Positions 27,971 through 38,726 of a DNA stretch of 64,000 nt are shown here, in pieces; position 1 is the first letter of the stretch; every line of letters starts with the position of its first letter. A program made the position numbers and the translations under genes. The stretch is from Bigelowiella natans CCMP2755 (Eukaryota > Protista > Cercozoa): the NCBI GenBank assembly GCA_000320545.1, contig ADNK01002208.1:129725-193724 (forward strand). The letters are read 5' to 3'. The notes below the pieces were generated by a model. The model ran no database searches. It worked only from the letters and a program-made list of their open reading frames with translations, and was not told the origin of the DNA.

Positions 27971-28663
27971 ATGGCGGATCTACTGAAACAAAAGCTTGTA
28001 GCCCGATATAGACGGACATGTAGCGCGAGCAAGAGCATGAGGGTAAACATTTAAACTCAATTCGGTATCGTTCTAAAACTCCTGGTTTTAGAAATTATTT
28101 CTCTTCCTCGGAGCAGGAGTCGGCCTAATAGAGCTGGTGAAAGCAGGTAATAGTTTGACATTTCCTTTTAATTTTTTGATATCGAAAATACTCGCATCTA
28201 CTTGAAGTTTTCATGACTGATATTATTTTCGACAGTGCAAACTCCCTCTATCAATGGGACACTCTTCGAGCTGCTTTCTGCTATGATAGCAGCAGGATCA
28301 GGGTGCTTCATTAATCAATGGCCGGATGCGGAACAAGCTGTTCTCGCATTCAAACTAGCATTTTTCATCAGCTTAATACAGCTAGCTACATTTGCAACCC
28401 ATTTAAATGGAGACATTATGCTTCCAAACAATTCATGGCCTTTGGGATGTTTCTTCTTCGTGGTTTCCTGGGGATTGGATAGGTACATGCTGCATACTTT
28501 AAACAGAACACTGAAAGTTATAGCAGAACTAGGGGAAGTTATGGAAGATGCCCAACGAAAAACTACATCTGGGAAGAAATCAAAAAGGAAGAATGAACAG
28601 AAACGAATAACAAAGGAAACTGGTGAGCAGCCCCTGATCCCAGAATCAAAAAAAGATAGGTGA
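27971..28663 (+). CDS. Small multi-pass membrane protein with C-terminal KKxx (ER retrieval); weak jagunal-like resemblance
   Basis: Three exons: MADLLKQKLVARYRRTCSASKSMR/KLFLFLGAGVGLIELVKA/VQTPSING..., several hydrophobic segments, ends ..SKKDR-stop. Confidence 0.55.
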
Positions 28664-29379
28664 GCGCGTACATATGCGTCTGGGAATAGACGGCAAACTG
28701 TTTTTATCTAGCATGCATGCACATGTGGGCTGCGTTTGAATGTATGCACAAATTGATTAACGCATAGCGCAACGCGTGCGATACCCAATGGATATAGACA
28801 TGTACGCAAATTCGGTTCACGTAAAGACGTCATTGTACAGCCATGCTAGCATGCCAGCACATCGCGTCATTGTTGTTGTTGAATGCTATATTGATTAGCC
28901 CCATTTGTCACATAGAGAGTTCGGTAGCGCGATATACGCCTAGACGTGTACGCATTTAGCAGCATGAAAGCACTATGCCTGTGCAGTATATAAGCGTGCA
29001 TGCGTCTAGCTGGCGCTGCCAATAACGGAAAACACTAGGCCATACTATTAACAGTATAGCACGGTGTATGTGTGCACCACTAGACCACGTGTGCATTAAA
29101 TGCAGAGGCTACTTGTTGCCGAGATGATGTTCAGCGAACAGTTTTGGATTTCTAGGCTTACTGTGATGCAACACGCCACACAAAACATCGCTAGGCATGT
29201 GCATGCAAATGCATTTGGGTGATCATCAATGCACAGCATGCATGTGCGCCGCGCATCGCGGGCAGTAAATGAAGAAGCTATCCAAAGGTTAGTTTGTGTA
29301 GTTGTATTAAAGCGCGAAATAAAGTTTGCGCATGATTGATACATCAGCTCTGTGCAAGGTGTGCACGCGCTAGGTGTTA

Positions 29380-31690
29380 TTGCAACGTTTAAAGAACTGT
29401 TTTCTTCTTCCTCCACGCTCATCTGGCCACTGATTCAATACATAATGCTAAAGTCGTAATACTCACACCAAAATCTTCTATATTGTGGGCGAGTGTACGA
29501 GAAATTTGCTACGGGAACGCTGACTATTGAAATTCATTTTCCCGTCGTCTATTACTTGATCTTTTCCTCGGATTTTATGCTCTTCATTTCGGAACTGGTT
29601 GGCAGCAAGCTTTCTCTGCAGGTAATCTATTTGGGAGTCCTTCTTGCTATTTTCGTCGGACAAATAACATATCTAGATAAACATAAAAAGCATTAATAAT
29701 GTCAAAAATTTCCTAGCAAAGAAATTGAAGTGAATGGTATTGAGCGACATTAAACGCGCACAATAACTCGTATGAAAAAAAAAACTCTCTCTCCCTCTTT
29801 CTCTCGTTATATGACCACCTCATCAAAAAGGGCGTTCCGAGTAATTAATGGGATACATGTGTCTTTCAGCTGCTTCAGCGATAGTAATGACTCCGCGCTT
29901 ATTTTCATTGGCCTGTCGTCCATTACGCACAAAGTGCCTAGACCAACACCCTGCATGTACGATTGTATCAGGAAAAATAAAGTAGAAGTTTAACCGCAAT
30001 AATGATTTGTTGATGGCGAAACTCTTTCTTCCATCACCTGAACAAACAACGGAATTCCAGCGTAGAATCGCAACTTCAAACCATCAGTCACCAATGGATT
30101 ATCGGAAAATCGAGCATCTTTTTCGAGGTTTTCTATAACATATGCCTATTTAATACCCAAACAGAATGGATTATCGTTAAGATATGACTTAATTCTCCGT
30201 CAATCTTGCAATTCTTGAAATGTACGACCTGTGTTGGAGATTGAATGGCATGAGAACACATTGAAATTGAGCGGTCAAATGAGGAGCGCAGCCCGATTTG
30301 ACTCTTGAGCACACAATGCTCCTCCTATATTACCAATTGGATAATATTAAAGGGATGCTGAAGTGTTAATCTTAACACGAACAAATCGCCCAAAAACAAA
30401 TATGAAAGGATCTAAAAATGGGTGGTTGTGAGAGTGGCAACTAGGGATATGTTAATCATCATCTCACTAATATTGTATCTCACCGTGACCAAAGTGAGCG
30501 CTGCATATGACGTCCGGCACATCCTCTTCGCCAATTTCAAGATGTTTTGCAACACATCATTTTCGAGAGGTGTTGTTTCAAGAAGATTCAGTAAACATAT
30601 TAGTCTGATACGATACTCTTCGCTTTCAGGTTTGGCAGCAGGGCGCCAATTGGGCCTTGCTTTTGGCTCGGGGGATGGTAATAGGAGTTTGTCGTTGTAT
30701 TTCATCATATCCTTCGATGGGCGGACTTTTGGTAATTCCTGCCACTCACCATCAATCTGATGTGGAGATATGCACGATGCGTGTTTAATAATTATGATAT
30801 ATCATCACTAACATTCACCATCCAGAGGTAGGGATATAGCAGTTGTTCATTTGTATTGTTTTCAGCAGGAAAGTGACTGTGAATGCTTGCCGCCGTCGTT
30901 GACTTCCAATGATGGAAAAATCGGAGGAGTGGAAACAATACATCGGTCGCAGCGTGTATCGGCAGAATTCTTTTCATTGCACAAGTGTTTGCTGCTCGGT
31001 ATTACCTGGCATAGCTTTCCCTCTCCCTCAAGTCCATTGAACGCCTTTAACGCCTCCATTTCCACAAGCAAAGTCTTGAAAATAGCGAACAATAGATATG
31101 GAAGTCGGATATGTGGTCGGATGCCAACAAGTAATAATAAAAAACAGTCTGATCATTTCGCATTCAAGTAATAGCTACAATTTCCTATATTGCGCATCAT
31201 CATCCTCCTTTTAATGTTCATGAAAGACGACGACTCTTCTCCTTCACCTGTCTCTCATGTGATATAATTTCCCCATCCATTTCCTCCTTCGATGAAAACA
31301 GCATTTAACCAAAAGTTTTCAGATATGCACCAAGACAACGTTAGAAATAGTATTTGTCCGTCAACATCTCCATTCACGTGGACGCGAAGAGACGTATTAG
31401 TAATGACGATACTAATAGTAACAATAATCACAATGGTTATGACACGTTTTCCATATGTTGAAAAATCCCCAAATATAATACAGTCGAAACCTGCTGATCC
31501 TCATCCTTACGAATAGCACTACAAAATCGGAAATAGTAATAAGTTAGATTTAAAGGCATAGCGACGTGAGCAGGATAGGATTTTCTACCTTTTTCCCTCT
31601 TCCTTTTCCTTTCTCCTAGATTTTTCTAATGCCTCTGTTGCGCATCTATCTACTGCATGCCTGGAGAGTCTAGAAATTGCCGTCCCAACC
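29380..31690 (-). CDS. GAF-domain protein, multi-exon; both ends approximate
   Basis: Exons: PAAKPESEEYRIRLICLLNLLET..LAKRMCRTSYAALTLV / KSQIGL..DRSISMCSHAI / VIENLEKDARFSDNPLVTDGLKLRFYAGIPL / GLGTLCVMDDRP = canonical GAF; Cys-rich segment upstream. Confidence 0.8.
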
Positions 31691-32312
31691 TAATAGGCGG
31701 ATGAAGAATCCAGTTTGGAGTGAGAGCAACTCAGCAGCAGAAATCATAAGTGACGAGCAACAACAACGACAAACAACAACAACAACAACAGTGAAGGGCA
31801 TTGAGAACATTCTTTTCATAATGTCCACAAAAACGAGCGATTGAGCGATCTTTTACGTTGTGGAACAGATACCGAGTTTTCTCTTGAGACTAAGCTAAAG
31901 CTGGCCGAGTGTTGAGGCCCCTCCATTGTCAGAGTGCATAGATCTAGATCCAGATCTGATGATCAGCAGATATTTATCTTTTCAGGCACATAATGAAGGT
32001 CATTTCTAAGGAAAATATCAAGTTTCTGTTGTCGCAACACTTTTCAACAAAGCTGAAGACTTTCTTGTGGTTCTCTCACCGGAAAAAGCTGAAACTTGAG
32101 GCACCCGTACCCCAATCTAAAGATGAGAGAAAAGGCAACAAAATATCAGATGTTTGTTCGATAAATACGAAACATTTCCCGGTGCAACAGGCGCTTCAAT
32201 TTCGGTCGCAGCTGCGCTCGAGGCTTGTGTGTTTCTTTGCATCATCAGTCGGGAAATTCGAAAATCCAACGCCATGGTCACGACCATTTCGAGCTAACAC
32301 CGAGGAAGAACA

Positions 32313-34511
32313 ATGTCTTCTGACACCCCCACGACCCTTGCCAGCAGCAACACCTTCAAAGCAATATGCGGCAACGACCTTCCCTGTCTGAAGCGTTTAA
32401 TTGGGGAAAACGCAGATGTTGAGGAACGAGGCCCTCTCGGTGGGTAGCAGCTGCAGCATCAACATTGTCGCGTCAGTAGTTGGAGTGTTGAGTGATTGAT
32501 AGCACATGTAGTGTTGGATGTTAGGTCAAACATGAAGCAAAATATTTGCAGTAGAAATAGAAGTAGAAAGTAGCATTGACAATAGGTTTGGTGACACTGA
32601 TGGTAGCAGAAGTAGTGAGAGAGAGCGCCATTTCCATGGATGTGAGTTGTGATTTGTCTTGGGAAACAAACGTCTGGCGGTTGTAATTTTATGTTTTAAA
32701 GACATTTGTTGAGGATGCACCGTCATCATTTGGAAAAATGACACTCAAAATTGCAAAAATGTAAAGATATGGTCGATTTGCCATTAGGTGATACTCTGTT
32801 AATCGCGGGTTCAAGGGAGGGTCATTTTGAGATCGTAAAACACCTGGTCAACATGAAGGCAAACATTGAGGCGGAAAACGAAGAAGGTGGGTGCCAATGC
32901 TAGCATTGAAGGAGCAGTTGTAAAAATGTTACATAATTTTAAATGACTACATAACGATACATTAGGTGATACTCCGTTAATCGTGGGTTCCACTCGGGGT
33001 CATTTGGAGATCGTAAAGTACCTGGTTGACATGAAGGCAAACATTGAGGCGAAAGGCAGATATGGTGGGTGCCAATGCTAGCATTGAGGCAGCAGTTGTA
33101 AAAGATGTCACATAATTTAAATGACTACATCACGACACATTAGGTAGTGATACTCCCTTGATCGCGGGTTCCAGAAAGGGCAAATTGGAGATCGTAAAGT
33201 ACCTGGTTAACATGAAGGCAAACATTGAGGGGAAAGACCGTGGCGGTGGGTACTAATGCTAGTATTGAGGCAGCAGTTGTAGAAGATAATACACGATTTG
33301 AACTGAATACATCACCACACATTAGGTAATACTCCCTTGATAATGGGTTCCAGAAAGGGTAATTATGAGATCGTAAAGTACCTGGTTGACATTAAGGCAA
33401 ACATTGAGGCGAAAGGCAGATATGGTGGGTACCAATGCTGGCATTGGGGCAGCAGTTGTAGAAGATGTTACATCATTTCAAATGACCATATCGCCACAAA
33501 TTAGGTTATACTCCCTTGATGATGGGTATGAAAAACGGTAAATTTGAGATCGTAAAGTACCTGGTTTGACATGAAGGCAAACATTGAGGCGAACGACTGT
33601 TCCGGTGGGTACTAATGCTAGCATTGAGGCAGCAGTTGTAGAAGATGATACACGATTTGAAATGATAATATCACGATGCATTAGGTGAAACTCCCTTGAT
33701 CGTGTGTTCCAGAGAGGGTAATTTTGAGATCGTAAAGTACCTGGTTGACATGAAGGCAAACATTGAGGCGAACGACTGTTCCGGTGGGTACTAATGCTAG
33801 CATTGAGGCAGCAGTTGTAGAAGATGATACACGATTTGAAATGATAATATCACGATGCATTAGGTGAAACTCCCTTGATCGTGTGTTCCAGAGAGGGTAA
33901 TTTTGAGATCGTAAAGTACCTGGTCGACATGAGGGCAAACATTGAGGTGAAAGACCGTCGCGGTGGGTACTAATGCTAGCATTGAGGCAGCAGTTGTAGA
34001 AGATAATACACGATTTGAACTGAATACATCACCACACATTAGGCAATACTCCCTTGATAATGGGTTCCAGAGAGGGTAATTTTGAGATCGCAAAGTACCT
34101 GGTTGACATGAAGGCAAACATTGAGGCGAAAGACCGTCGCGGTGGGTACTAATGCTAGCATTGAGGCAGCAGTTGTAAAAGATAATACACGATTTCAAGT
34201 GACTATGTCACCACACATTAGGCAACACTCCCTTGATAATGGGTTCCAGAGAGGGCAATTTTGAGATCGTAAAGCACCTGGTTGACATGAAGGCAAATGT
34301 TGAGGCCAATGACAGAAATGGGTACACGTCCTATGACTTGGCGAACCATGACGAACTCAAAGTGTTCATCAAGCAAAGATGCATTGAGCGACGGGTTCAG
34401 GTGTTCAAAAGAGACTTCAGGGATTTGCACATGTTGAGCACGGAATTGAAGCGAGGGTTGGGGGCGGCAGTAGTCGCCATGACCACGAAAAAACAGGTGC
34501 ACAAGAGTTGA
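32313..34511 (+). CDS. Ankyrin-repeat protein, one repeat per exon (10 exons); exon 6 carries a +1 frameshift
   Basis: Exons 32313-32439, 32788-32886, 32966-33064, 33144-33245, 33326-33424, 33505-33604, 33685-33783, 33864-33962, 34043-34141, 34222-34511. Each internal exon encodes G-x-TPL-xxx-S-xx-G-xx-EIVKYLVDMKANIEA-xxxx; all introns phase 1 (GTGGGT...TTAG). Confidence 0.9.
32788..34320 (+). repeat. Tandem array of ~179 bp units (99 bp ankyrin exon + ~80 bp intron), about 8.5 copies
   Basis: Recurring gagatcgtaaagtacctggttgacatgaaggcaaacattgagg and intron gtgggtactaatgctagcattgaggcagcagttgta at 178-182 bp spacing. Confidence 0.95.
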
Positions 34512-37200
34512 TGTGCACCACCTGCACAGTGGGCGATGTCGGAAGCTTCGTGTTGTCCCGTGGTCAATGTGAAGAATCATGTGGAACGTGCAACACATGT
34601 GATGTCGTGAAAGACATGGACCATCTCCTCCAGCAGTGGCAGCTGCAGGCATGCAGCACGTGATGGTGGACAGACAGATGCCAGAGATTCAGGCATGCCG
34701 TGCCATCTGGCAAGCAGACTGTCCGGCTGTCCGGCATGTGCACATGAATGCTGATTTCAAATGCACGATGATGGACACAGCAATGCATCGCATGCATCAC
34801 ACGTGCATTCAACATGCATGCACGCAGACTGCATGCATGCGAGCTGCCGCTGCGTTTCACAGCCACATCAGAATGCATGCTGGCATGACCATTGAAACAA
34901 AAGATTTGATCAATTCGTTGCATCCGTCTCACATGTGCATGGGCGGAGAGCGCTGTGTGCGGTTGTCGCACACACAAGCAACGTGACGTGCTGTGCACGT
35001 GCAACGCGCGACAGTTGCATGCTCGTGCATCGGATGTCACGTGCAGTTTGGCTTTGTCCCTTGCCAGCTTGCTGGCAAGCTGGCAAGAGCACACGCGATG
35101 CACGCAGTGCAATGAATGGACGTGGAGACAGGGATCATTCTGGCATTCCACCAGCAGAGATCTGAGGGTGCGTGCAAAAATTGGAGACTCAGAGTGCAAG
35201 CTGGAGCAAACAAAATCAAAGCAAAGTTGCAGAAAATTGTCATTCGCGCGAGCTTGTGTCGCGCTGCGCGGTGTTGCACCATCACTGTCACTTTTGGTGG
35301 GAGGCGTTGGCATGCCAGCATGCGAGTGTTCATTGGAAAAACTTTTTGGCGGTCGTGTGGTGGTTCACTTGCAGTGCTTCAGTGATGTGCGCTGCAGAAT
35401 GCGTGCGCAGGACTGTGCTGATGCAACCAAGTGACAACACGCAGTTGTGCTTCCGTTTGAGTTCTGATGATTGTTTTCAACTTGCGCAACGTGCACGGGT
35501 TCCGGCGGTGTCGAGAACATTCTCGATCACTCTGGAAGGTTCTCGAAGGTTCTCGAACCTTCTCAGAACTTCGCAGAAGTTCGCAGAACTCGTGCGCACT
35601 GGGTTCCGGCGCTGCGGATTCGGGAAGATCATCGAATCTTCTCGAAGCTTCTCGAGCATTCTGGAAGGTTCTCGAAGACTCTCGAACCTTCTCAGAAGTT
35701 CGCCACGTGCAACAGTGCAAACGCAGGCGGCCTTTGCGCATGCGTCTGCCCTTCATCGTGGGTGGTGCAACCACACCGCTGACAAAACTTTTGGCGGCTC
35801 TGCAGCCACAGGCATGGCACAGTGATGCAGCGCGTCGTTGAAACTGTTCGCATGCAAAACGGCCGCAGCCGGGCCCTCGTCCTTGATCTCGTGGTCAAGG
35901 CAGGCTGCGTGCTTCTGAGCCGGGTGGCACTTGTAGAAGTGCAAGCTTGTTGGGGCGATGTGTCTGGGCTGTGCAGCCACTTCTTGAGGTGTTCCTGCTG
36001 GTGTCGTGCTTGTCGGTTGTTTGTCTTTGTTGTTTTCGTGTGTTGGTCTGCTGTTGTTGTCAACTTTTGTCATCGTTGGTCTCTCGGTCTTTCTTGGTTT
36101 TTTGTCTTTGTTTGGTTTTCTGTGGTTTTGGGTTTTTTGTGGTTTGGGGTTTTGGTTTTTTCTTGGTTGCTCGAAGTCTTTTGTCAATTGGGACTTCGAG
36201 TTTTTTTTCGCTCGAGGCCTCGAAGTGTCGTGTGCGGGAGGCAAAGTGACGAGAGCAGACTGGGAGCGCACAAAGGGAACTGGTGCGCAGAACTCAACTC
36301 CAGAGCTCACCCTGGGCACTGGTTGCCAGTCGAAAGAAAGTTCTGGAACTTTCTGCCCTGGGGTGCTGCTCGGAAAGAAGCGCACTCGTTGTGCACGTGC
36401 GCTCCGGTGCATGCGACTTGTGTTGCCGTTGCGCCTTGGCTTGCGCTTCTCGATGCTCCTTCGCTTTCGCTGTTGTTGTTGCTGCATCGCTGCCGCGCTC
36501 CGTCGCTGCACGACAATCGAGACATTGCTGCCACGTGCTGCGTGTTGAGAAAAAGGTTGACATGCATGCACATCGTTGCTGCGTGCTGCGATGGTGGCAT
36601 GGCGCCTGCCAGGAGCTGCGCCACACTTGGGGTGCAAACGTTGGCGATGCAATGGACACGTGACGACATCACATGGATGTGCATCACGTGTCCAGCAGCC
36701 AGATGCATCGATCATTGCTGTGCATGCTGCTTGTCATCAGGGTGCAAGCTCACGTGCGTGCGCACGTGCAACACCCATCAGTGCATTTGCACCCTTGGAA
36801 TGATCCCTGCATGCATGCATGGAGATCGAGTTGCTGATTCATGCAGCAGGATCGAATGATGCAAACGTTGAAACAGCCATGCACACATAGCGCTGATTGC
36901 CGCAATGGAATGCGTGCCTGCATGCACGTGTTGTGACATGGGATTGATTGATGCATCAATCAATTGAGCACTCACGTCACGCATGTATGCGACGACGTGT
37001 CATCAATGCAAGTGAACTAGCCAGCGCACCCCAAAACGAGAGGCTGCACCACTAGCTGTGACACTGCTGATCTGCTGATGGATGCATGCATGACGTTTGC
37101 ATTGATTGCTTCCATGTGACTCATTTCTCGCCGGACAGGGATGAATGAAACGAGAAATTCACGAGATGCTCATTTGTTTCACAGGCAATAGCATGGCAGC
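34480..37200. other. TpA-depleted intergenic island (strongest of eight), possibly containing a decayed repeat element
   Basis: By-eye scan finds a single TA (35934) between 34473 and 36887; rich in TGCA, CATG, CACA, TGTG. Confidence 0.85.
35515..35703. repeat. Duplicated array of alternating nGAAn/nTTCn pentamers (heat-shock-element-like)
   Basis: tctggaaggttctcgaaggttctcgaaccttctcagaacttcgc (~35531) and tctggaaggttctcgaagactctcgaaccttctcagaagttcgc (~35660). Confidence 0.6.
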
Positions 37201-37237
37201 AATCTCGAAATTCTCATTACTTGCATCCACTTCTACA

Positions 37238-38503
37238 TCAATTCGACCCAGACTCATCATTTTTTTTCAACATTGAAGATCCTTCAATTTGAATTCCAAG
37301 CCTTTTGGCAACCATTTCCTGTACCTATAAATATCAAATTCTATTCAGATGACAACACCGATAACTAATCACTTGATTTTTTTCACCTGCTTCCGAAGAT
37401 TTTGCTTCTTTTCATTTTTCTTATTTTTCGTTAATCTCTCGATACTTGTGTGATTTCGGGTTTTCTTGAGCGTATGGGCTTTAGTTTGCACAACATCCGA
37501 CTCGTGTTTCATGCGTCTGCTCTTACTTTTCTCTAATTTGCGTAAGTTAGGACGTAGTTCTTTGACATGTTGTGATGGTGGAATCTGATGGTGGGGAATC
37601 TCAGTCATCTTTGGACGTTTCGTATTAATTCTATGATCATAGAATGGGCTATCATTGGCGTGTGTGGTTGCGGGAGGTATCACTGAGGGGATGGACATGG
37701 ATCTATCTTCTTCTGAAAGTTTTGCGATTGGTAACTCTGGAACAGAGGGTTTGTGAAGGCCGTGGAGGGTATTATGGCGTGGTAACGGATGCGAGTGCTG
37801 ATGTTGATGCTGATGCTGAGGACCATGGACTATGGCTGATAAAACCGGCATCGCAACATTATGTTGCGTGCTCTGCAGTCTATGAATGCGAGCCTGATGT
37901 TTTTAATAAATTTTAATTCTTGAATAGGACAACATTAGCCTAAATAGTTCGTTAACGCAAACCTTTAGCATGTTACTGATATCTATGAGCTTCTCCCTCT
38001 CGGACCTATGAGAAATAAATTATGCGTAATTAAGGGCGTGTTTGTGAGGAATTGAATTGACTGCGACCGTACTTAAGTTTTTTTATCCTCCGCTGTAGTT
38101 GAGAGATTTTCACTATGTAAATAATTGAAAATATCTATCAACAAATGATATGCTTTTATCTAAATGATACCTATTTATCATACGACATAAGAAGGACAAC
38201 CTTCTAGTTCTTGATTTTTAGTCTCTTCAATTGAGAGCCGCTGTTTAGTTCCAAGCGAAGTAGAAGCATCCCCGAGTGCTTTGTTCGGAGTTCCTTGGGC
38301 TAAGCAAATATTGATTAGGAAATTTCAGGTAAATCAATTTTGTTCTTACTGTTCTGCTGAAGCTGAAATTGTCTGATTTTTTCCATCTCTGCTCTCATTT
38401 CTTTAACGATAGCTTTGAGTCTGGAATTTTCTACAGTTTCACCAAAAAATAACCAATTCTACATAATATGGTACTTGAGTACACTACACACACGCACACA
38501 CAC

Positions 38504-38538
<35 letters not shown>

Positions 38539-38671
38539 TATATGTTAGTTGAGTAAATATGTTGAATAATGTTGGGGAAAATATATAATATATATGTTAG
38601 TTGAGTAAATATGTTGAATAATGTTGAAATATGTTGAATAATGTTGAAATATGTTGAATAATGTTGGGGGA

Positions 38672-38726
<55 letters not shown>

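Noticed and set aside
33140-34198. Repeated minus-strand ORFs (SSTTAASMLALVPT...)
   Set aside because: Antisense shadows of the ankyrin array; the plus strand has the splice sites and ankyrin consensus
32788-34320. Regular repeat/variable pattern resembling a CRISPR array
   Set aside because: Units are 179 bp ankyrin exon + spliceosomal intron; no unique spacers and no cas genes; eukaryotic context
34564-36984. Many long overlapping ORFs on both strands (up to 345 aa), Cys/His/Ala-rich
   Set aside because: Artefact of TpA absence (no TAA/TAG stops, almost no Tyr); no recognisable domain
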